A stretch of 64,000 nt of DNA from Tubiluchus corallicola (lineage: Eukaryota > Animalia > Priapulida). The DNA lies in contig JAQGDQ010000012.1 in NCBI GenBank assembly GCA_030141605.1, forward strand, positions 1,196,359 through 1,260,358, read 5' to 3'. The notes beneath the pieces are model-generated. The model was not told the origin of the DNA and ran no database searches. It saw only the letters and a list, made by a program, of their open reading frames with translations. The position numbers and the translations under genes are program-made. Shown here in pieces: positions 51,801-61,600 of the stretch (position 1 is the first letter of the stretch; each line of letters begins with the position of its first letter).

Positions 51801-52082
51801 GAACATAACGAACGACAACCAGGGTCACCACAAATACGTCAAGGTTTACCAGTACTACATCGGCGGCGGCTGTTGCCAATGTACGCAGCTTCCCCTCTGG
51901 ATGAACAAAATAAGCCCGTGCCACCAATGAGATTAGAAAGTCTACCCAAATCGTCCAACGAAAATAATTTCAACTTTGATACTGAAAGAGGCTTAGTTCG
52001 AGAAGTTCACAATCTCAATCAACAAGATGCTCCTACTTTGGTTGACCGAAGTTCTGATGAAAGGACTTACTATCCACCCTGA
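45804..52082 (+). CDS. Uncharacterised 2092-aa Ser/Asp/Asn-rich, probably disordered protein; candidate PP1-interacting scaffold
   Basis: 6.3-kb uninterrupted ORF in AT-rich DNA; in-frame TAG at 45762 makes ATG 45804 (or 45813) the start; GILK and KRVSF motifs, SxIP-like motifs, short coiled-coil-like stretches; no globular domain recognised. Confidence 0.88.
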   Translation: MISMLKSLGKSHQHFISATTDGSTNIVNGDDQRNGDVCSADKKIPNRADSEQELKNNQQVLINGLPDLALDAESEFANYNGSERKAGKDSRFKISPSVFSETKNIESPSTDMKYNASGTRVKVSSCKKPNSCDTMSSVMDSVTTLSCEPSLANGSSSVATECSSSDISADSVQAKPEDEVPEPISTNKQSECEELDIDFALGIVDVRGKSSEKKSVDARSESKTGLPNKTNASLYGCQNEVNDSDDDVSNKILDILVEECSHLNNKVVNKHDQFDLGVLQNGILKNCVKFRDDSIRKRVSFSNSVTEVSFEVDSDSSTDNESTAEDSAVSGCENLSLTDRLAAIKDHLNYTIEASTTVPAEDNVEKIYSCVTGNITSGPILCEGEADFSSNNSLPVTQDSLADSCVTNSEAKPFSRVTSNENTSNADALIPTPYRLPRLIYQPGQNSESTNTATANVTGVYSDAHSGPLLEIFNAQSINNHNIECNDVNSGIYYCNGKTGDLDFENRHISNDIVDQSGDELTRESNNAISKENNGVSVSKPNEEHLAMFVQSEYKVKPDRGSHAPDSTGLLADDKQTDKTTTTTSTSQLLGHLVEMDIDDALQTRGEFVSKNSKVSAGNDDYSCNLALNKSQPSIMGSDQKTDYCISRKPDKNRADVTFSSNELLPSSPASTTQESQQAPQQTPLSLLLSPSLKQTDITQEDRIWRREMSPGVDDEDSDSSTASQDTMIRRSPVKSIRVPQQDNDHSLVTLEHRENAEMAIKYQQYDLKRKALERKNLNLRIGHCPALRRTAAAGVDESSCNDLEEKLKMLNLFEKGSQATNTPDALSDNCNIGSSGQCAGMEKISENTSSEYVSAVESNGEKCPNPQNFPASLVQTVVSCIPAVPCNLSVGKLADNCSSKTSNDCLTLDSIITSKTDLDMLITVASVTTANSVEQKSVLSPCCASPGSLDVVMDEKLNVAVGKSADNLVERFYDPTDYRPQCSSGDSCVQDRSPFSPSKSNTEKRGSNYTDVKEDNTVVAQCSDKLTSETNDFTEASSIESISSGNIALNTSKIACRVDEVKPHTVAAAAYTSRATQSFNQIKTNNQSVLARKPESHTAAGNDPFKEKLSRTKFEAKAKPVKMILPQMNHQAGERKSESSSYSNSVDWEDIGLQLHKKYQSNNVNDLLYSIHTSYGMADQLDQLDLDFPDVKNLDRDTSVYLSETEASNDNICSSPSQRTTDTHEQRVKMERKLERLRLEMEKTCFSSRVKNRARGRQKRNPDRFCFSDVEDDNEVESMSPSDDRFYMSDSECVRGSKTKKRSNKSYTEKDLNQVFHRLQIPQNVGRIYSDDEVTRVITNSLQRHVENEIVRNSMDNLLDTPDHYSPDWDQIGFSDSELLSDGRTKPDPKLLGNGDIHLRVDEASHKRLDVSGPTYEQHYPTAEPNFAMYAQSQKKHIKYESRLPIPNKPIYKPPGIPISDQSPARSVPIKRMPDMQYHLKKNTNRNTGACNTPSANAKPSRKPDSLTPDKQKEEKTNRQALQLEVESNAQSKNANAIDPVQQRLSRPSRIFCNFFKKQKLNISRALSPERKEKSSQPSLNSDQIRKKMQANLSKATISEPQNLRRITHSADKSDELKKFVSQDYQRIRKVCERYKRDERDDFESPNRSDSISSGQRPKFCTSAEIYQQLESRVRPPRVQPRSDSAPLNGVDHTRSGRQGVARSQSLIAGRPDKVHLRNRIESPGSSSSAPTIVEEQLANSIDSSPQHGHRGNIINIRQQQVFLENGHSGSCHQVKNKTKIIRPNASGRSEIPRSGLSSIVHDQQGYMRGSPGHHGSPLRGGSPQQGQSPASQQRRQVSPQFAQTSPISVPNNQSHPIGPVPHSQMNGFIRKSADTSLQLPLAQVLSSNIPETEVSGASPSQNVKLVTRYTNNGAFIQLAYKASPQTPSPIATNRHEVEPPPLHSQKLLNDFQNPKITHDSSLIYQHHNTQANYPHGVNGWNDPGVLPHRGMPYRYGYEHNERQPGSPQIRQGLPVLHRRRLLPMYAASPLDEQNKPVPPMRLESLPKSSNENNFNFDTERGLVREVHNLNQQDAPTLVDRSSDERTYYPP

Positions 52083-54530
52083 ACGAATGTATCATATTAA
52101 AAAACTAAGATTGTTTCCTGTTCAGAAAGTGATGCAATATTCATCTCAGGCAATGCTTGGATCGGTGACCACTGATGATGTGCACAACTGTACCACGTAC
52201 TGGGGTTTATAGCACATGATAATAGTTGTATAACTATTATGTAAGTTGGGTGAGATATTAACTTATTTTTCTGGCTACATTGGTTATTGTAAAAGCTACG
52301 CCTGTGTGTTAGTGTTTCGAGCAAAAGCAATGCCATTTAAATTGGTCTGTTCAATCAGCATTCTAATAGCTGTTACAGTTATGTAAGCTGTTTAAAATTT
52401 ATGACCGTACATGACCTATAAACACAATACATGTAAAATTTTCTTACTGCTAAAATCATTACTGCATTTAAAATCTTACAAAATGATTACCTAGAGGCAT
52501 ATTTTTTGTGTATAGTAAACTAAACGGGTCAATCTGAGGAAATTGTCTTTTGCTTAAGTGATAATAAAATGACACTGAGGAATTTAACATAATAGCAGTT
52601 TTCAAAACATCTCAAGTTTGTTGAGTTAAAAATTTGCTTTCTGATAAAGATGTTGTTGATATTTTGCTTTTCAGCATTCTACACAACCTTGAACGCCTGT
52701 TACGATGTTTAAACATATAATTTACAACATCTACGTTGACAATTAGATGCTCATGGCGATGTATAATTTAGAGTAATGATTTAGAATTATATATATTTTT
52801 TGTGAAGTCGCTAACGCGCTTTTAAAAATGGTTGTTTCAAATGTTTATGAAAAGACATGTGAGTATTGAGTACATGCATATTTAAACTCGGCTATGTACT
52901 AAGAATTGTTTGTTTAGTATCACTAAAATGCGCTTGGTCAGCAGATTTAAAGTTATTATATTTATGGAATTAATGTTAGAGTGATTAAATTTAAGAAATT
53001 TATTACAATAACTCTGTTATGATTCTGTACAGATAGATCACAAAGTGAATTTTGATCGTATAGAATATAAGGTTATGCTGCATACAATGCACTAGAATGT
53101 AAGAATACCTGTTGTAAATAATTGTTTAAAGTAACAGATTTTAACTAATGATTATTAAATGATTTTTACGGTTTCAGTGTGTCTGTGCTTAGGTAAAACA
53201 TTCTGTAATTTTTGTACGGTTTATTTTTAACTAATGTATCATGTAACATGACTACCACTAATTTAAAAACATTGTTTCTTTGATTTTGTTATTTTATTTT
53301 TAGAAGCAAAAAACGACAGTAATTTTTTTACTTTTTAATTTCAATGAAATTTCTACACCTTACAAACGCTTTAGTTAAACATTTGTAATACATCTTCGCG
53401 ATACTGATTTTTTATTTTTCATATTTCAAGTACAATACTATAGCTAGTAGTTCAACATTTAGGTTAGAAAACATATACTCGTATACGACAATGTAATTAA
53501 ATTATAATTAAATACAATGTAATTTACAAATTCTTTACATTGGGTAAATAAATGCAAAATCTAAATAAATTTTACACTCTGTTCAAACCTAATCTTGCAG
53601 GCAGTTTTGCATCGACTAATATAATCGATTATATTACTGTGACTGTAACAGGCAAACACGTTTAGTGCACTAATATTTCATCTATTTATTACAGTCAATT
53701 AAGGGTCATTTACTCTTGTTAATAAATAGGCCACAAGTCTAGACCGTTTTACATCTTCCTCGGAGTTACCGACAGCATACAAAAGCTACTTGTAGTTAAA
53801 GGGCGTCATAAACTTTCGTAGTAGAAGTATTGCTATTGATTTTTTCGGAAAACATTTAAAATCTATATTATTATAATCTATACTGCTAAAAGTACATTAT
53901 TTTAAAGCCAAAATGTTATTTTTTTAAAGCAGAAGTACTTAAAGAATTACGCATCTGCTCTTTATTAGCACAACGCTGCTGCCTAGGCCTACTGTGGTAT
54001 GATGTGTTAGGAAGCATGGGTAAAAACAACATTAACTCCTCATTATATATGTGACCACAAATTCAATGTCGCTAATGAAATTATAAGCTACATTAATTCA
54101 AAATGTCTATTACACAATACTCTATTGTAATATATCACTTCGAATTTCTTTAGTTTAAACAAGGTGACTATAAAAAAATCTGCAAAATTTTTGTATGTAT
54201 GCACGGCCCTCGATTTGTTACCCTAAGAGACTATCTTCACACAAATGACAATGTGTATTATGACTGCAGATCAGATCTACAATGTGCCTGGGCGTGAGCC
54301 TTGCATCTTTATCTATCAGTCGAAGCCGTTAATGAAGCTGACCAGACAAGTAATTTTCAAGATGAACGATACAGCTAAAAATGATACTCTAAGATTAGGC
54401 ACTAGACTGGCCATTCGGATTGTGTGTGCATCCTCTGTCAGTGTAGTAAATACATACCCATATGCAGGATATGGCAGATGAAGTGGCGACTATTCAACCT
54501 TCCCACTTATTGGCCAGAATTGCTGTTGCT

Positions 54531-54698
54531 TACAACAACAGCAACGACAACGACAGCGATGGCAAAAGCGACAACAACAACAACAACAACAACCACAAAC
54601 AATAACAAGAAAAAAGAATACATGCACAATTTTAAAACTGCAGGATCAGCAGCAGCAACAGCAACAGCAACTGCCAACAACCACGACAACAACAAAAA
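54531..54698. repeat. Degenerate (CAA/CAG)n microsatellite
   Basis: Directly visible. Confidence 0.85.
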
Positions 54699-55626
54699 AT
54701 AGCTGTAATTTCATGGCACTGTCGCCATAAGCAGTCATTGTGTTTTCATAATATAAACTCTTTAATAGCTTTTCAGTGTCGCCTACGAAAAACATGCGTT
54801 TGAAGGAGCTTGAAAATTGTTGGATTACGTTCTGATCGTTTCTTCCTATTCAACTACTATAAATTATCTATAGGTCAAGAAACTTTCGTTACAGTAATTT
54901 ATTACATTAAATTCGAAAATTATTTCATTTCCTCGAGCATTATCGCGCATATCTTTACGCTACTGTGGTTTGAAAAGTTTGTCTGACCGAGATCATCAAC
55001 AACCAACTTTTTTACATATATTTAATTGATATAAAATTATTATGACAACCGCAGAGTTATTGTTATGATAATAAATAAAGTCACAAAAGTGCCAATTCTT
55101 AATAAAATAGCTTGAGTAAGTATGCAACTGGAAATTTTCGGCTGTCATTCTACCTTTGGCGACTTAAGCCGCTTTCAACTATTCGCTGTGCGTGCGATCT
55201 GGAAATCGCACCTCACTAGACGAAGACAGGCTCTTTCAATTATAATGCCCGTCCCAATTCACCAACCTCGATCACGACTATAGAAAGGTGGAAGAGTGCT
55301 TTTAAATTAAAATGTAGTAAAGCGGGGGACAATTCCACAATTCACATTTTCCAAATTCCATAAGTCTGTAACATTATAAATTCTTCTTTAAACATAAGAT
55401 GGCATTCCTAAATTCCGTGAGGAATAAAAAACTGGAAAACCAACAGGTTTGTGCTAGTCATTATTAATAAAAATCTTGATATCAGTAATATAATAACTAA
55501 TTAATTACCTACGAAATTTCACGCTCTAAATGAATGAAAAAATCCAATTAATTAGAATCACTCTAGTGTGCGTATCTTACATTAAAAATACAGAATTTAG
55601 TTTGCTTTGATCACTCAAATACGGAG

Positions 55627-55698
55627 GATACAGTGACCTAGTGGTCTAAGGTGTCTGCCTTGTAAGCAGAATGTTCTGGTTCAATACAGACTGTGTCA
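55627..55698 (+). tRNA. tRNA-Thr(TGT)-like cloverleaf; probably a pseudo-tRNA or SINE head
   Basis: Acceptor stem GATACAG/CTGTGTC, D stem ACCT/AGGT with AGTGGTCTA loop, anticodon stem TCTGC/GCAGA with loop CT-TGT-AA; T arm TCTGG-TTCAATA-CAGA lacks one base (no G53-C61 pair). Confidence 0.6.
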
Positions 55699-55903
55699 CA
55701 ACTGTTTCACATTACCCGCTCTTTTAAACCTTTCGTTAAAATTTATTTATTATATCGATTTGTACCATAACAAAAGTGTCGGGAAAATTTTTTGTAAAAT
55801 GTGAACTTTGCAGACATTTTTAGAAAAATGAAATTGCAAATTTACTGTTATATTCTTTACTTTACCTCCAAACTTTAAGTAAAAACCATGGGCAAAAAGT
55901 AAT

Positions 55904-56351
55904 TACCCGTATTTTCCCGTGTATAAGAGACCCTCTTTTGCTCAGAATTTTCACTTTAAAAATAGGGGGTCTCTTATACATGGGAGTAAGTCTTTTCAAT
56001 AAGATGCATAAATTGTGACACTAATGATTTTAAAGAAATAAGTGCTCTACAACTGTTTTATTTCGAATAATTATAGTTTCCTTTCAATAAATCTTCTCCA
56101 TGGCTAAATTCTAATGATAAAATTAATGTACCGGGCAAGTTATTATTTTTTTAAATGTCTCTTTGGTATTGGAGAGAAATCGATTGTTCTGCAGCCAATC
56201 AACGCATCTGCATAAGCTCTATGCTTAATTTAATGATTTCTATGATGAATAAAGTTATTCATTACCAAAAAACTTTTTTCCAGAATTTTTGCCTAAAAAT
56301 TGAAGGGGTCTCTTATACACAAGGGTCCCTTATACATGGGGAAATACGGTA
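55904..56351. mobile_element. pogo/Tigger-type MITE, about 445 bp, TA target duplication
   Basis: Left TA-CCCGTATTTTCCCGTGTATAAGAGACCC; right end reverse complement TA-CCGTATTTCCCCATGTATAAGGGACCC; internal GGGGTCTCTTATACA copies at both ends. Confidence 0.88.
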
Positions 56352-56740
56352 TAGCTTCGCACTGATCATCAAAGGTAAACAAATGTAAAAAATTTTCTAA
56401 TTTTATTGGCTGGGAAATAAGAATAAGAGTTTCACGATTTACCTGACAAATGTAGTGTGATACTTTTAAATCCTGCTTTATGTTACTATATACAGCTCAT
56501 TGAGCTTAAGCAAAATTAAAAACCTATCGCTTGGTAAATAATGGCCTTACATAATCTACTAATGAATGTCTACTGATCAAAGTGGAATATAGGGTAAACC
56601 AACCCTAAAGTTGAAATATCCATCCTTAGTTTTTACGTTTTGCTAGAAAACGTGTGGCATTTTTATTCTTTTTAATTAATATACTACTGCTTGATGTGCG
56701 TGTTATGCTAATTTATTATTGGAATTGCCATCGCTACTAT

Positions 56741-56982
<242 letters not shown>

Positions 56983-57299
56983 CGTTACTGCTAATAAGTC
57001 GATTATAACTGCGGAAATATTCTTGGAAAGAAATGGCAGAAAACTTCTCGGTGTAACATACAAAAAGCGAAAGGAGAGAACTTACTTCTTAATTATAAAG
57101 ATCTTACTTTTTTGTTATTCTTCTGGTGCTTGCTGTCCTTATACATGACCTGCGTAATTGCTTACGTAGTCTTAAGGCCTGCAGTTACCTAGAGCTAGAC
57201 CAGTCTGTGTTGCCACCTGCCGAGAAAAATGCGAAATATAGTTCAAACATCACTAACTAGCATAACTACTACTGTTACTAAATATATACTATTGCTAAC

Positions 57300-57300
<1 letters not shown>

Positions 57301-57340
<40 letters not shown>

Positions 57341-57380
57341 GCATCAGCAGCAGCAGTAATAGCAACAACAGTACTGCAGC
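57301..57380. repeat. (CAG)n microsatellite
   Basis: Directly visible. Confidence 0.92.
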
Positions 57381-58134
57381 AGTTTACTATGAACTACTGC
57401 AGCGCTCTTGAAAGTATGTTTGAAATAGGTTTCTCTCTGGACACTACTCGGGGAGCTTTGAAAATTTTCTTAGTAGAGTCTGATTATTTTTGTAGATTTG
57501 AGTTGTAACTACAAGTGCGGCACAAATCCAGCTTTGCTTTTACTACTTTATCACTGATTTTTATTTCTTTGTGCTTTAGTGATAGTGATGCTGTGCTCCT
57601 GTCTTGATAAGAAAATGACAAAAAAGACAAGCAAAAACGATTAACGCCCGCAAGCTCATCCAAATCTCGACTTTGAGGTAGTGTATTCTTCAACAATACC
57701 GAGTGACTCACGGAGAACTTCGGAGATTGGAATCAACTATAGATGTGTATTACACGGGGCTAAACTTGAAAGGATTGCAGACGGTCATGTTATAACTAAA
57801 TTGCGCTGCACAGTACTTGTACAGAGTGTACCCTTCTTGTTTAGGACTAGTCCGTTTTTTGCTGTTTCTAAAAATGCTCCTTCGGGTAAAGAGTGGCAGT
57901 TCAATACCAGGAGCAGTAGTGGGATAATACAAATGCCCTCAAAATTTTCTTAAATCTCGAATTCCTTAAATACCAAAATGGCCAACGATTTGTTCTGACG
58001 TTTCAAATTAAGACGGGTGCTAGGTGCACAAATGCTTGGCAAAGAAATGTTATCATTCTTTTGCACAGATTTAAAAAAATCATAAAAAAGCGTAGGTCTT
58101 TTTAAGCAATTTTGAAATTAGTCTTTTTTAAAAT

Positions 58135-58441
58135 GGAATGTAACGAATCAGTTAGCATGTTCAATTGTTACTATCGCGAAATGCGTTAAAATGTAGCTAA
58201 AAAGTATAGGCCTGGTGTAAAAGTGAGAAAGTTGAGAAACGGGGAATGCACGAATCCCTTGCATAGATGGAGCCACCGACTAATAAAAAGTCACACAAAT
58301 CTCAAAATCACCGATCCATACGGCCCAAAGCCGTCAACTGCATTCCAGTGGCAAATCTAATTATTATTGACGAGCTGTGATTGGTCAACTTCCGTGACGT
58401 CAGAAGAATACTATGCGGTGGGGTAATGAGTTCTGTCAGTT
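58135..58441 (+). promoter_or_regulatory. kibra promoter: three TEAD/MCAT cores, CCAAT box, ETS core, CRE and initiator
   Basis: GGAATG at 58135 and 58243, CATTCC at 58341, ATTGG at 58380, ACTTCCG at 58388, TGACGTCA at 58395, TCAGTT at 58436, all within 400 bp of the ATG. Confidence 0.65.
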
Positions 58442-58529
58442 TAGGAAAGAAAATGGTGGCTGGCCTGTGCGTGATTTGTGCGAAAAAACCGATTTAGATG
58501 TGCTGAATTCAGTGGTATTACAGCGAAAT

Positions 58530-58657
58530 ATGCCAAAGAGAAAAAATGGGGAATTGCCACTACCCGATGGCTGGGATATGGGTCGAGATTATGATGGGAA
58601 AGTCTTCTTTATTGACCACAAAACTCAACATACAACTTGGGTTGACCCGCGAGACAG
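58530..58657 (+). CDS. kibra: kibra/WWC family gene, first coding exon (first WW domain); gene continues beyond the window
   Basis: [42 protein letters not shown](R) matches recalled WWC1 [27 protein letters not shown]...SWIDPRDR; donor AG|GTATGC in phase 2 within the last Arg. Exon 2 not found before 64000. Confidence 0.92.
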
Positions 58658-61600
58658 GTATGCATTGTGTTATTGCGGTTCTTAATTAATTTATATAGGA
58701 AGAGTACAGTTTTTTACATATTTTCGTGGAAAAGCCATACGAGCTGGGCGTTCAAAGCTAAATAGCAAATTGGCAATTGTTGTAAGCTTAGCTTGCAGCG
58801 CAGGCCTGATCAGTTAGAAATTTTATGCTATATTCTGTGATTTAATTAACACAGGTTAGGTACAAATTACATGAACTGTATGAAAGGTCACTGCATTATT
58901 TAACTTAAACCAACACTTTGTTATTGAAAGAGGTAGCATCTTTGAATATGAGCATTTGTATTCTTATCTACTTTGCATTGTAACCTTCAAACTGTGTAGC
59001 AAACCATAGAACGATGTAAATATTAATGTAATAATATTTTTAAACATTGGTGCACCAATGTCTTGTACTTTTTGTAGCTACTGAACTAAAACGTTTACAG
59101 TAGAAGTAAGCTATTTAAATAGACTGACTGTGTGTTTATTTATACATTTGGTTTATATTACCAAAGATACCAAATTTATTTCTTCATTTCAAAGTGTCAA
59201 AAAGTTGAGCCATTCTTTTTTATTGTTTTAATATTTGTGAAAGCCAATCTGTTTGAGGCATGCATGCAGTAGTACTGCAATAGCAGTGCAATGCTGATAT
59301 GTATTTATAAATCGAGGTTGCTCTTTTATAGAGGCAGAATGGATACCATATTTCATTCATGTCAAAGATAAATTATATTTCAAAGTATTTGTGTGTGATG
59401 CCTTTTTCTGTTATATATAATAGGTTTCATTTTTTGAGTACATTTGAATACAACTCACAATATTGAGCAGCAGGTTGCATTACAAAAATACATAATTTTT
59501 CACTCTAATTACTAAAGTTAATGTACATTTCTGGAATTCAATTCTCCCTGAATTTCTGAAGTGAAATGAATCAGTTGGATAGCGCTTTCTAAAGCAAAAC
59601 TAAAGAAATTAAAAGTGATAAATAGAAATGAATAAAAAACGGAATATCCTTCATACATACTTGAATTATGTTTCACAACCTGCTGCTGCATTCATATTCG
59701 GCTGTGACTTGATTTAGTTAATTTTATCTGATTCTAATTTTGTTTATGATTTTTATGCTAACAGCTTTTTTATGTGCTATTAGGCGTGCCTGCGTGCAAA
59801 GGTTGGCTTTGGTTTGCTAGTTTTGATTTTGCTGCTTTTGGCGACTGAGTTTCTGTAATACATAGTGATGCACCTGACGCATTTGCTTTTGACGCAGACT
59901 GTCCTATTCAACACTTGTTGATATTTTTAATACATTTTATTGCTGATAGCAATGGTAATTTATAGGCAATAAAAATATTTTAGCACAACTGCTATAAATA
60001 CTTTTGTTTGGTAGCTACAAAATTTACAATTCATTTTAGGCCATAATATAAAAGGTTTATAAGTTTTTAAGTTTTTTGCATGCGGTGGTCATGTTAGAAT
60101 ATTGAACTCTAAACTCTGCCATGTATTTTGGTTGAGCCTCATGCGCTCTTTTCAGCTATTTTCGTGTTACGACATTTTTGTTTTTTACCCCACCCATTTG
60201 TAACAGATCGCAAGGCCATATAACTCTAACCCAGTTCTTGGCTGTTTGCAGTGGTCATAATATCTGGGCTATGTCCACGACGACAGCAGTATTCTGCTAG
60301 CCGCTTACACGTTGCACCTCTACACACATATCAGCTAGAAACAATATATAAGCATACTGGAATAACTTAGACCTCTCTCCGATTCGCTCGCTCTTTCTCT
60401 CTCCGTGATCTAACTTCTGGCGTAGCATCTTGGCCTCACATTCGTCATTAACAGTTACTGTTTCTTTGTCTTGTTTACGTAATTTTTTATGGAAATTATT
60501 TAACAACTTAAAAGTGGAAAGTGAAATAAATTGTCTATTATATGTGCTAAGATGCAATGTGAAATTCGCTGAGCTTATACTTATTCGATTTCGTATAACT
60601 ACAGGTCTCGGTAGTCTTGGCAAAATTAGTATACAAAAGTTTGCATTTGTCGGCATCGCTGAGCTATACTTATGCTCATCAGTCATTTTTTACTGGCGCA
60701 ACACGCGGCTGTATGTTATTATTTTCTTTATCATGTGAACACAGTTTTTGGGGTGCTACAAGTTTGAATGATATTCATGAGCTACTCTCTTTCAAACAGT
60801 ATTATTAAAATAAAAAAGCTCTGTGTATTTTGCTTTTCTGTACTTAACAATAAAACTGCGCATTCACGTTCAGTCTGTATAATGAAGGGCCATTTCGTTG
60901 TTAAATGGTGTTTAAACTATCGTGTGTAAGTTTCTGTAATCACCGTCATATTGTGCTCGACAGAAATAGCTTGTAAATTCACTCTGTTCTTTTATCAATA
61001 ATTATTTTTCGGTTAGTTTTGTCGGGCCACCAAACATTCCAGGCCGATGATTTCATAATATGCAGCTGTACATACCTGTGCACTCAGTCATGGCCCATAC
61101 TACACAGACTGTACGTGTATTAATCATTTTACCTGGTTGGGCCTTTAGATTTTTGCACCTGCGGGGGACGGGGATAATTAATGAAGTTCTCGTAGCGGAA
61201 TGATTGAAAAGTTCAGAGCGGTTTACGCTTTGTTGAATGTGTTGTGTGAATTAATTCTTGTTTCGTAAAATTACTTACGTCCACAGATTTCATTTTCACA
61301 ATTTTCTGGCAGTCTATGCAGAAGTCGTAACTTGATAATTTCGAACTTGTAATAATGAACACAAGCCGTATGAACTATACACAAATGTTTATTGTTCCAA
61401 ATTCAAAATTTTATCTGTAATATCAAGTAAAAGGATAAAAATAAAATCGTGTCGCTGTTTGAAAAGAATCCTTATTGTTCCAAATCCTGTTGCTTTACAG
61501 TATTACTCCTGAATGAGTTTAGTGGTGCTCAATACATACCATGCGATGGTTCGGACAGAATTCGGATTCGGAAAATTCACTTAGTGACAGTTTGGCTAGA

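Noticed and set aside
46037-51930. Short antisense and alternate-frame ORFs within the giant ORF, also within glypican and ADA2
   Set aside because: Shadow ORFs of real coding sequence with no recognisable motifs.
58413-58529. 39-aa N-terminal extension of kibra from ATG 58413
   Set aside because: That ATG lies upstream of the likely initiator (TCAGTT 58436); homology starts at MPKR (58530). The ORF tail after 58657 is intron.
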